Assembly (NCBI GenBank): GCA_963841905.1
Contig: CAWJEM010000011.1
Span: forward strand, 4,064-68,063
Direction: 5' to 3'
From: an uncultured Acidobacteriota bacterium
Lineage (GTDB): Bacteria; Acidobacteriota; Vicinamibacteria; Vicinamibacterales; UBA2999
DNA: 64,000 nucleotides
How positions within the stretch are numbered: position 1 is the stretch's first letter; each line of letters opens with the position of its first letter. Under the pieces are notes generated by a model. That model did no database searches. It had not been told where the DNA came from and saw only the letters and a list, made by a program, of their open reading frames with translations. Below are positions 1 through 8,795 of the stretch, piece by piece. A program made the translations under genes and the position numbers.

Positions 1-732
1 TACTGACCGAATGCCGCGCGCGCACCAGCTCGCGCGTTGTCTGCGGCAGGCACGGGCTCCCACTGAATCCATTTGGCCGCGGGGTACGCCTTGAGAACCG
101 CCTGCAGTTGCCGACCAAGCGTCGGCGACACCACGGTTTCGGTGAGAACTCGAAGCCCCGATCCCTGGGTCGCGGATTGCGCCGACAAGCTGGCGCGAAC
201 CGCCGCGATGAACGCGCTCCACGGTCGAATCTCACCGAGCTGGACAATCGACTGCGAGCGATCGGGGTCGTAAAGCGTCAGGAGCGAGGCCTGCGCGTAG
301 AGATCGGTTGCGCCAAGGCTTCCCGGATGATCGGGGTTGCCCTCGGCCTTCGTGGGGCGTCCCTCATGGCTTTCGACCAAGAGGCCCGTCGCGATGCCGC
401 CGAGAGTCATGGCGGTCGCGAAGAACAGTGGACGGCCGGGGATTACCTCCTCGGGTTGGCGAACGTACGGAACGATCAGCTCCTCGGGTTGAACCGTGCA
501 GGCCGCACTCACGCCTGCAAGCGCGAGCGAGGCACTCATCAACTTGAGGAAGGAACGACGGCCAACCGGATCGATCCACTCGGTGGCGTTCTCGGGGAAC
601 TCGCGGTGGAGGTACTGCTGGAACTCCGGCGTGTCGGCGAGCGACTCGAGGCTGCGCCAGGTACTGCTTGCCCCCGGCGCCTCGCACGCGTGCGCGAATG
701 TCGGCCAGATCCGGTGTCCCCGCCTTCTCCAT
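1..732 (-). CDS. actB: Alternative complex III subunit ActB (Tat-exported molybdopterin-oxidoreductase-like subunit). N-terminal part only; it runs off the window. The frame is broken by an apparent 1-nt insertion at ~660.
   Basis: Minus-strand ATG at 732 gives MEKAGTPDLADIRARVRGAGGKQY. After a 1-nt shift it reads WRSLESLADTPEFQQYLHREFPENATEWIDPVGRRSFLKLMSASLALAG... (twin-arginine signal) and stays open to position 1. It lies directly downstream of actA. It is absent from the ORF track because no stop falls in the window. Confidence 0.8.
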
Positions 733-798
733 GTGTCCCCTAAAACCTTCGCCTTCCGCTTTCGCCCGGCAACGGGCCAAGCGTGCCGGCCTGGCTAG

Positions 799-1512
799 CT
801 ACCGGTGGCAGACCGAGCAGCTCGTCAGCTCTTTCACGCCGGCAATGTTGTAGTCGCGAACCAGCTGTTCGCCAATCTCACGCTGGTCGCCCGCCGGCCG
901 ATACCCCATCGTGACGATCTCTTCGCGCGGCCGCACGAACCGCGCCGGATCGCGATGGCAGTCCAGGCACCACTCCATCTGCAGCGACGATTCCTGCAGC
1001 ATCAGCGGCATCCGGTCGACGCGACCATGACAGGTTTCGCAACCCACCCCCTTCTTCACGTGGATGCTGTGGTTGAAATAGACAAAGTCCGGCAGATCGT
1101 GCACCCGAATCCAGCGTAGCGGTCGGTCCTCACGAAAGCTTGCGCGCACGGGCTCGAGATAGGGGCTGGTCGACCAGATCTGTGAATGACAGTTGATGCA
1201 CGTCTTGGTCGGGGGAATGCCCGCCGAGGACGCCACTTCAACGGACGTATGGCAGTACCGACAATCGATGCCGATCCCGCCGACGTGGTGCTGATGCGAA
1301 AACTGAACGGGCTGCTCGCGGAACGTATTGGCCGAGGTCACAAAGTCTGACCGCTGCAGCATCACGATGAGCCACCCGAGTCCCAGGATCAGGAACAACA
1401 CACCGACCAGACCTGCGCGGGACCACTGATTGGCGCTCTTCGGGAAAACCTGCGGCATGGATCCGAACACTCCGAGTGGATAAACCGAGGACTCTACCCC
1501 GGTTTTGGCCAC
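799..1512 (-). CDS. actA: Alternative complex III pentahaem cytochrome c subunit ActA
   Basis: 237 aa with five CxxCH motifs (CRYCH, CINCH, CETCH, CLDCH, CSVCH) and an N-terminal hydrophobic anchor. actB follows 66 nt downstream. Confidence 0.85.
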   Translation of the reverse strand: MAKTGVESSVYPLGVFGSMPQVFPKSANQWSRAGLVGVLFLILGLGWLIVMLQRSDFVTSANTFREQPVQFSHQHHVGGIGIDCRYCHTSVEVASSAGIPPTKTCINCHSQIWSTSPYLEPVRASFREDRPLRWIRVHDLPDFVYFNHSIHVKKGVGCETCHGRVDRMPLMLQESSLQMEWCLDCHRDPARFVRPREEIVTMGYRPAGDQREIGEQLVRDYNIAGVKELTSCSVCHR

Positions 1513-1580
1513 GCAGGGGACGTTGTGAAAAATTTCTCAAGCTCGGTTATATCAGATCGACCACCCGGCTTCAATGAACA

Positions 1581-1628
1581 GGGCGAAGGGCACTGGGCAT
1601 AGGGCGTAGGGAGGGCTAAGGCCAGAGG
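1581..1628. repeat. Word array W-A: GGGC-type heptamers on the plus strand (GGGCGAA GGGCACT GGGCATA GGGCGTA GGGA GGGCTAA..). Single-armed.
   Basis: Read directly. G3 tracts start at 1581, 1588, 1595, 1602, 1609 and 1613 with period 7. It lies between the TonB-like gene and actA. No complementary arm occurs within 200 nt. Confidence 0.85.
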
Positions 1629-1743
1629 GACCACCTCATCTTGATGAAGGCAACCACTTGTCGCGGGAAGGGTGAGGTTCCGGACGGCCAGCGGTGGAGG
1701 GCCAGCGACCAACCGAACTGCAGGTCCACGCTGTTCGAAGGAT

Positions 1744-1770
1744 CGGCCGGGGCCACCAGGGCCCCGGCCG
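1744..1770 (-). terminator. GC-rich hairpin downstream of the TonB-like gene (11-bp perfect stem, 5-nt loop, no U-tract)
   Basis: CGGCCGGGGCC-ACCAG-GGCCCCGGCCG, located 32 nt after the stop codon at 1802-1804. Confidence 0.4.
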
Positions 1771-1801
1771 CGACTTCTCTATCCGAGCACGCTAACGAGA
1801 T

Positions 1802-4800
1802 CTAGAATCGGCTAACAACCGTCAACTGGAACGCCCGGGCCGGCTGCTGATTGACCATCAGCAGGAAGTTCGAGCTCCAGCTCTGGTACGCGCTGTTGTA
1901 GCTGTATTGGGTGTAGTTACCAGCGTTGAGCAGGTTGAAGAAGTTCCCCGCCACCTCCACCTGGTAGCGCTGATACCGCAGGGTCTTGCCGACCTTCAGG
2001 CCGATCGTCGTGATCAACGGTGACTGAACCTGACCTTCCCCGCGGTTGCTGAACACATAGCGATTGCGGGTCGCCAGCGGATTCGGTTGCGAGGACCCGT
2101 TAGCTAGTCGGACCGAGGGTGGCCCGTACCTGAGCACGTCTGGATCGTTGGCGGCCAGCTGATACAACGGCGATCCCGACCAGGGCCCGGCCTGGAACGT
2201 GGCGCTGGCGGCCACGTTGATGTCCCAGGGAGCCTGCCAGACGCCGCCGAGGTTGCCGCGATACTTCATCCATGTCGGGCCGTAGCTCAGGGCATTGCCC
2301 GTGTCAGGGAGCGAGTTCTCGTCGTTGTTGCCGCGCGGCATGTAGAGATTGGCGTCGTTGGCGAAGTGGTTCGGCTGCACGAAGCGGGCCGGGTCGGTCG
2401 GGTTCCACGTGCCGTCGATCTTGTGCCACTGCCGGGTGAAGCCGGCAATCAATTGGAAGCCCCGCGACATGTTCTTTGTCATGGTCAGCTCCAGCGCTTG
2501 GTACTTGAGCTGACTCCACGTGTTGTTCGTCTGCTGGAAGACGATCCCCTGGTTCGGGTCGACCCGTCCAAAACCCCCGAACGGCTGGCCCGGTCCATCG
2601 GGATAGAAGCCGTTGATGTCGATTCTCGCCCACGTGTCCTTGTACGCGCGGTTGATGTACGCCACATCCAGACCGATTTGCCACCCGAACTGCCGCCGGT
2701 ATCCCACGATGAACTCGTCGACGTACGGCTGATGCAGGTCGGGCGCGATCTGCTGCGCGGCCACGGCAGTCGATGTCGCCGGCAGGAGTTGGATCTCACC
2801 TGCCTCCCCAAACACTCCGTCGAGGTCGTTGTCGTACTCTCGTCGGAACGAAACCGTGTCGTCCGCGCCGAAGATGGTGACCCCGTCTCGTCCCATGACC
2901 TGTTCGCCCATTCGCGCGTAGCTGGCGCGCAGAACGTTCGTGGCATCCTGCGTCAGGAGATAGGTCGCTCCCACTCGCGGCTGCACCGCCCAGGATTTCT
3001 GGCGCGTGATGCCCTTGACCTCGTCAACACGCTTCACGTAGTCGAAGCGCATGCCGAAATTGGCGGTCAGGCGGGCGTCCGGCTTCCAGCTGTCCTGCAG
3101 GTAGAACGCGTAGTTGCTGTCGCGCGCCTGCCGAGTCTGCAGGCTAACGGGATCGGCGTAGTCACGCCGATACGGCACGGTGCCGAGCGAGGGATTGTTG
3201 ACATCGACGACCGTCTGGTATTCGCGGAAGAACCCGTTGTTGACGTACTCCCTCCGCTGGTCGTAGATGTTCTGCGGTTCGAGGAAGAACCCTGTGGCGA
3301 ACTCGTGCGATCCGATCCAGCCTGCCTTGTAGTACGTCGCATCGCCGCGAATCAGAGACAGCGACGCCGGCACGAAGGTTCGCGTCGGTCAGGTTCCCGC
3401 CCTCGAGGATGAGCGAGTTGCCCGTGATGAAACCGCTCGAGATGAGCGTGCCGTCGTAGATAACGATGTTCGGTCCCTGGGCGTCGAACCCGAACGCGTC
3501 GTAGGTGTCGTTGTCGTTGCCGCTCTTGTTGTTGTAGCCGGCCGAGAACGTCGTCGTCATTCTGTCGCCCCACGTCGACGTGATCTTGGCGCTGTAGACG
3601 TTGCCGCCATTCGAGTACACGTTGATGGGATCGAAGTAGTACTGCCAGTTGCTCTGGCCGTGCGTGCGGTCGCGCTGGAAGAACCCCGACAACTCGTGGG
3701 TGGCTCCGAGACGCGAGGTGACCTTCACATATGGCTGGTATCCCTTGATCTGCTGGGGGAACAAGTCTGTGCCGGGATAGTAACTCTGGATGTCGTTGAC
3801 GTTTTTCGAGTTCCGGCTGATCTGAGTCTCGACGGCTGACTTGCGGAACGAGGCGAAGAACCAGACCTTGTCCTTCATGATCGGCCCGCCGAACGAGCCG
3901 TCGAACTGACCGATGTCGGCCTGCACGGGCGTGCCGCCGGTTGTCGTGCATTCCAGGTTCGGGCAGGTTGAATGCTGGGCGAGCGGCGTCCCCGAGAGGT
4001 CGTAAACGGTCTTGTGGTGGGTGTTGTCGTGGTCCCAGCGGAGCGGCTGGTATGCGTACCCGGCGGTCCCTCTGAACGACGTTGCCGCCGCTCTTGGTGA
4101 TCACGTTGATCCCCAGACCGGTGCCCATCGGCGTGGACGCGTCGGACCCGCCCGTCTTGACGTGAATGTCCTGAATCATGTCCGACCCCATCTGCACGTA
4201 GGTGAGCTGGAAGTCGTTGTAGTTGCCCGCCTGCATGCCTTCGAGCTGCACGACGTGGGCGAAGTGTTCCGTGGCGTGCCCGAAGTACACCGATCGCCCG
4301 CTGCCGTCGTCGAAGGGTCTCGAGTGGACGCCAGGCGTCTGCTCGAGGAAGTCAGTCCAGTTCTTCCGGGCGGCAAGCGGCATCTGCTTCTGGAACTCGC
4401 CGTCGATGTTCAGTACGTTGCCGGGCTTGCTGACCTCCAGCATGGGCGAATCGCCCGAGACCGTGATGGTCTCGGCCAGTGTGCCGATCGCCATGACGAT
4501 GTCGACCTGAAAGTTCACGGCCGCGCGCAGCAGAATCCCCTTGCGTTCGTATGCCGAGAACCCCGGGAGCTCTGCGCTGACGGTGTACTCACCCGGGGGC
4601 AAGTTGATCAGACGGTAGTAGCCCGTCTCATCGGTGACGCCAGTTGCCGGCGTGATCATGTCGGGGCTTGTCGCGGTGACCGTGACACCCGGCAGCACTC
4701 CACCCTGTGCATCTTTGACGAAGCCTCGCAGGCTGCTGCCTGTGCTCTGCGCCTCTGCAAAGAACACGCTCGCATTCAATACAACGAGCAGGCAAATCCC

Positions 4801-4821
4801 GAATCGCGTAACACCTCTCAT
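1802..4821 (-). pseudogene. TonB-dependent-receptor-like outer-membrane protein with an N-terminal CarboxypepD_reg domain, interrupted by two +1 frame disruptions (~4077 and ~3355-3385)
   Basis: Three ORF-track pieces (3352..4842, 3162..3926, 1802..3373) join into one ~1000-aa protein. The first junction is ..INVITKSGGNV|FRGTAGYAYQPLRWDH..ADIGQFDGSFGG. The second is ..ILEGGNLTDANL|PASLSLIRGDATYYKAGW. The protein ends ..QLTVVSRF. A GGAGGA RBS precedes the ATG at 4821. An intact paralogue lies at 8796..11651. Confidence 0.8.
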
Positions 4822-4955
4822 GGCGATTCCTCCTGCCGACAAGACAGCAATCGGCCCGTGGGGGCCGCGGTTGACGAACTGACACCTCGGACTCGGACGA
4901 CGAAGCGAGATGCTAGTTTTCGCGGATGATAAGCGATCACTCGCACCGAATAAAG

Positions 4956-7172
4956 CTACTTCGGGAGGGCTTTGAGGAGACCCGCTGCGCGCGGCTCGGC
5001 GGGATCGAGCCGAAGCGCTTCCATCGCCTGAGTCCTGGCCTCAGGAAACCTGCCGAGTTCGGCGTACACCGCGGCGAGGTTGAGGTGGGCGCTGGCGCTC
5101 CCCGGGTCGAGGTGGCAGGCACGCTCGAGATAGGGACGAGCGGTGTGAGGATCGCCGTTCAAGAAGATCGCCAGACCCAGCTTCTCGTGCGCTTCGGCCC
5201 GGTCAGGCGCCAGCTTAACCGCGATCTGCAGCCATCGGATCGCTTCCAGCATGGCGTTTTGCTCGAGTGCCAGCGTCCCGAAGTCGAGCGCAGACTCCTC
5301 AGAAGTTTCTGCCACCGAGTCCGCCATTCCCGATAGTCGCCGGACGGCTTCGTCGGGGCGGCCGGCAAGGACGAGCGCGCGCACGAGCAGCGGGCCGGTG
5401 ACATTGATGTCGTACCGACTGTCGTATGCGGCTTCAAGATGTCCTACGGCTTCAGTGGCGCGCCCGGTCCTGAGCAGCGCTTCTCCGAGCCCGAGCCGGA
5501 TGGCAGGTCGCGGGCCGTCAATCGCGATCGCCTCGACCAGGAGGGCGGCCGCTTCATCCGAGCGCCCCGCATCGAGTAGCGCCTGCGCAACGCTGAACCG
5601 CAGAACCCCAGGGTGAAGATGATCGTGAGACACCTGTTCGACGTATCGGAGCGCATCGTCGAACGACCCTTGCTCGACGAGCCACACGGCCTTGCGCGTT
5701 TGTTCGCCTCCAATCCCATTGTCGAGTCCGAGATTTGAGAACACCACCAGCGAGGCCATCGCAAGGGCACCGGTTGGACGCAGCAGCGCGTTGAACTGGC
5801 GAGCGCGCACCAGGTCGAAACACCGAACGAGCGCGGCGCCAGCCGCGGCGCAGAGCGGCACGAATAGAGGCATCCGGTAGCGATCCGTCACAAAGAAGAG
5901 GACCACCGCTGCTCCGTACACCGGGACGAACATCGCCCAGACCCAATACCCGTGGCGGTTCTTGCGCAGCGCCGGCCAGAACAGGCCGAGCAGGCCAAGC
6001 GGCAGAAGTAGCCACGGACCGATTGCCAGGACGCGAAGGAAAGAGAATGGCTCGCGCGCGTAGAACGCGTAACTGTAGTTGAGTGGAACGTCCACGCGGT
6101 TGAGCAGAATCCTGATCTTGCGTATCCACAACCTCAGTGCATCGGCGGGATGTCCCGTCACCCAGTCGAATGCCCGCCACGCAAAGTAGCTGGAGACCTC
6201 TCCGGGAGAAAGGCTGCGACCCGTACTCGACTCCGCGACGCGAGTCGAATCGTTGGCCTGTCCGGCGATCGATGGAGTGATGCCCGGCACTGGTGTGTAA
6301 GTCCCGTCAGCGCGATCATGGTTGCCGATGTAGAGATTGAGCCCGCCGTGCGAGGCAATCACGACGGCGTCTCCCGACACCGCGTAGTTGCGTGCCGCGT
6401 TGGCTGCGAGGACGGCGAGCAGGGATGCCACCAGCACCGCACCGCGGTTGACCCGAGCCTGCCGCCCCGCCTTCGCCAAGGCTTCCGCCTTCGCCAACGC
6501 TACGGCGGACAAGACGGCGGGCAAGCACTGGTGGACAAATACAACAGCGGCTGCCGCCACAGCAAACACCAGCGCATTGGGTCGATTGAGCGCGAGCAAC
6601 CCCAGTGACGCGCCAGCGACGGCAAAGGCGCCCGTCCCACCACCCGCCATCGACCGCGTGAGAGCGTAGAGAGCACACGACACGAGGAACGGATCCAATG
6701 CAGACTGGAGGATCAGGACTTCGTTGAACGCGAAGATGCCTGTCAGAATCGCGAGTCCGGCAGCGACAAGAGCCGCCCGTTCGCCAAACCAATGCCGAGC
6801 GGTGGCGAAGAGTAATCCCACCGCCGCGGCCCCGAGAGCGATCTGGACCAGTTGCGCCGCAAGCAACGATCCCCCGACCGCAAACACGGCCGCGAGGAAG
6901 TAGACATACAACGGCGACACGAAGAACGCGCCAATGGGCGCAAACACGCCCTCCGCGGCGACTCGCTGACTGAGGGTGACGTAGTACGCGGTGTCGAGTT
7001 CGCCGTGCGGCTGCAGCAATGGGTGGTTCCAAAGCTGCATGAGCACGACCACCTTGACGACGAAGGCCGCTGCCACGATCAACGCGACCCTTCGCCAAGG
7101 GAGGTCCGTGATCGCATGAGCGCCATCGCCCGCGTCAACAACGTCGCGTCGTTCTGCTTGGTGTCGCGCCAA
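4956..7172 (-). CDS. Membrane GT-C-type (ArnT/PMT-like) glycosyltransferase fused to C-terminal TPR repeats
   Basis: The 760-aa ORF has a long multi-pass hydrophobic N-terminal region and C-terminal TPR-like repeats (..EAHEKLGLAIFLNGDPHTARPYLERACHLDP..). The ORF-track start at 7238 lies inside repeat W-B. The in-frame TTG at 7172 is an alternative, so the start is uncertain. Confidence 0.65.
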   Translation of the reverse strand: MARHQAERRDVVDAGDGAHAITDLPWRRVALIVAAAFVVKVVVLMQLWNHPLLQPHGELDTAYYVTLSQRVAAEGVFAPIGAFFVSPLYVYFLAAVFAVGGSLLAAQLVQIALGAAAVGLLFATARHWFGERAALVAAGLAILTGIFAFNEVLILQSALDPFLVSCALYALTRSMAGGGTGAFAVAGASLGLLALNRPNALVFAVAAAAVVFVHQCLPAVLSAVALAKAEALAKAGRQARVNRGAVLVASLLAVLAANAARNYAVSGDAVVIASHGGLNLYIGNHDRADGTYTPVPGITPSIAGQANDSTRVAESSTGRSLSPGEVSSYFAWRAFDWVTGHPADALRLWIRKIRILLNRVDVPLNYSYAFYAREPFSFLRVLAIGPWLLLPLGLLGLFWPALRKNRHGYWVWAMFVPVYGAAVVLFFVTDRYRMPLFVPLCAAAGAALVRCFDLVRARQFNALLRPTGALAMASLVVFSNLGLDNGIGGEQTRKAVWLVEQGSFDDALRYVEQVSHDHLHPGVLRFSVAQALLDAGRSDEAAALLVEAIAIDGPRPAIRLGLGEALLRTGRATEAVGHLEAAYDSRYDINVTGPLLVRALVLAGRPDEAVRRLSGMADSVAETSEESALDFGTLALEQNAMLEAIRWLQIAVKLAPDRAEAHEKLGLAIFLNGDPHTARPYLERACHLDPGSASAHLNLAAVYAELGRFPEARTQAMEALRLDPAEPRAAGLLKALPK

Positions 7173-7178
7173 CGGCAA

Positions 7179-7309
7179 GGTTTCCGGGGTTCCAGGGTTC
7201 CAGGGTTCCAGAGTTCCAGAGTTCCAAGGTTCAATCAAGGTTCATGGTTGCCATTCAGTATCTAGGAACCCTGGAACTTTGGAACTTTGGAACCTTGGAA
7301 CTTTCGAAG
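7179..7309. repeat. Word array W-B: 5 x GTTCC words then 5 x GGAAC words, period 8, forming inverted arms
   Basis: GTTCC starts at 7189, 7197, 7205, 7213 and 7221, plus two degenerate copies. GGAAC starts at 7265, 7273, 7281, 7289 and 7297. It lies between divergent genes. Confidence 0.9.
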
Positions 7310-7332
7310 TAAAGTCCCGCCAGGGGACCGTC

Positions 7333-8703
7333 ATGAAACTCCGTTCCTGGCTCTGGTCGGTGCTCGTCGCCTGCCTGCTGGCGCCGGTTGCGGCCCAGCC
7401 GTCCGCAGAGATCTCATTCGCGCTGACCGGCGACTCCATCATCACCCGGCGCCTCGCGGTGTACGCCGAACCGGCCTTCACGCGCATCATCGACGTCATC
7501 CGGAATGCCGACGTCGCCTTCACGAACCTCGAAATGCTCTTCCACGACTACGAGCCGTATGCGATGAGCGCGAGCGGCGGCACGTACATGCGCGCCGAGC
7601 CCGCGCTCGTGAAGGAGCTCGTGTGGGCGGGGTTCGATCTGGTGTCGCGAGCGAACAATCACTCCGGCGACTACGGCGTTCTCGGGATGAACTTGACGAC
7701 CAAGTACGTGGCCGAAGCCGGCCTCGTACAGGCGGGCGTCGGTCAGAGTCTGGCAGAAGCTCGTGAGGCCAAATTTCTGGAGACACCCAAAGGTCGCGTC
7801 GCGCTCATCTCGATCGCGTCAACCTTCCCCGACCATTCGCGAGCGGGCCGTACGCGCGGCGACATGCCCGCGCGACCGGGTTTGAACCCACTCCGTTTCG
7901 AAACCATCACGACGGTGACGGCGGAGCGGCTCGAAACGCTGAAGCAGATCGCCGGCGAGATCAACGGCCGTCCGGTCACTGCGACCGGCGACTCCTACAC
8001 ATTCTTCGGCCGCCGCTTTACCGTCGGCGCACAACCCGGAATTCGCACCGAGCCCAACAAGGAAGACCTCACCGAGATCGCCGCGGTCGTCAGGAGCGCT
8101 TCCGGCCTCGCGGACTACACGATCGTGACGATTCACGCCCACGAGGGCGGGCGCGATCGTCTGCTTCCGGCCGACTTTCTCGTCACGTTTGCTCGTGCGA
8201 TGGTCGACGCGGGCGCTGACATGTTCGTTGGCCACGGTCCACACGTCTTGCGCGGAGTCGAGATCTACAAGGGCAAGCCGATACTCTATAGCCTCGGCGA
8301 CTTCGTCTTCCAGAACGAGACGCTCCTGCGGCTGCCCAGTGAGAATTACGAGCCGTACGAACTCGGCGCGGCCTCACACGTCAACGACTTCAACGACGCA
8401 CGCTACAACTTCGACAAGACCGGCTTCCCTGCCGATCGGATGATCTGGGAAGCCGTGGTCGCGGTCCCGAAGTTTCGCGGTGAGCAGCTGATGGAGCTCG
8501 CGTTTCATCCCATCACCCTGGGCTTCGGCCAATCGCGCAGCGTGCGCGGCCGGCCGATGTTCGCCGAGGGCGAGCTCGGTCAGAAGATTCTCGGTGACTT
8601 GGTGAAGTTGTCTGCCGCGATGGGTACGAAGATCACCATTCGCAACGGCATCGGCTACGTCGAGCTCCGCGCCGCTGATCAGAGTTCCAGGGTTCCCAAC
8701 TAA
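7333..8703 (+). CDS. CapA/PGA_cap family metallophosphatase-like protein, secreted
   Basis: Signal peptide MKLRSWLWSVLVACLLAPVAAQ begins at ATG 7333. Family motifs SRANNHSGDYG and TIHAHEGGRD are present. The ORF-track start at 7279 lies inside repeat W-B. Confidence 0.75.
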   Translation: MKLRSWLWSVLVACLLAPVAAQPSAEISFALTGDSIITRRLAVYAEPAFTRIIDVIRNADVAFTNLEMLFHDYEPYAMSASGGTYMRAEPALVKELVWAGFDLVSRANNHSGDYGVLGMNLTTKYVAEAGLVQAGVGQSLAEAREAKFLETPKGRVALISIASTFPDHSRAGRTRGDMPARPGLNPLRFETITTVTAERLETLKQIAGEINGRPVTATGDSYTFFGRRFTVGAQPGIRTEPNKEDLTEIAAVVRSASGLADYTIVTIHAHEGGRDRLLPADFLVTFARAMVDAGADMFVGHGPHVLRGVEIYKGKPILYSLGDFVFQNETLLRLPSENYEPYELGAASHVNDFNDARYNFDKTGFPADRMIWEAVVAVPKFRGEQLMELAFHPITLGFGQSRSVRGRPMFAEGELGQKILGDLVKLSAAMGTKITIRNGIGYVELRAADQSSRVPN

Positions 8704-8792
8704 GGTTCCAGAAGTTCCAAGGTTCCAAAGTTCCAAGGGCAGCGTTCAAGTTTGAACTCTGGAACCCTGGAACCCTGGAACCTTGGAACTCT
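8681..8792. repeat. Word array W-C: 6 x GTTCC then 4 x GGAAC, with an apex mini-palindrome GTTCAAgtTTGAAC
   Basis: GTTCC starts at 8684, 8692, 8705, 8714, 8722 and 8730. The apex is at 8744-8757. GGAAC starts at 8761, 8769, 8777 and 8785. It fills the spacer between convergent genes and overlaps the stop codon at 8701-8703. Confidence 0.9.
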
Positions 8793-8795
8793 AAC

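Noticed and set aside
2366-3412. Long plus-strand ORF (348 aa). Many similar ORFs exist, e.g. 9981..11273, 22847..24295, 33887..34864, 36132..37325, 39060..40376, 40449..41474, 41552..42739, 44194..45216, 60434..61378 and 62489..63235.
   Set aside because: All lie antisense to, or out of frame with, genes that have unmistakable family motifs. Their composition is Arg/Pro/Gly/Ala-rich with no motifs. They are typical shadow ORFs of high-GC DNA.
8374-8736. ORFs encoding LEPWNLGT, GSRVPRFQ or SSRVPGFQ-type peptides. Other examples are 13294..13584, 13557..14039, 55726..55935 and the N-termini at 7238 and 7279.
   Set aside because: These are translations of the GGAAC/GTTCC word arrays. The period of 8 nt is not a codon multiple, and the same DNA gives such peptides in several frames and on both strands.
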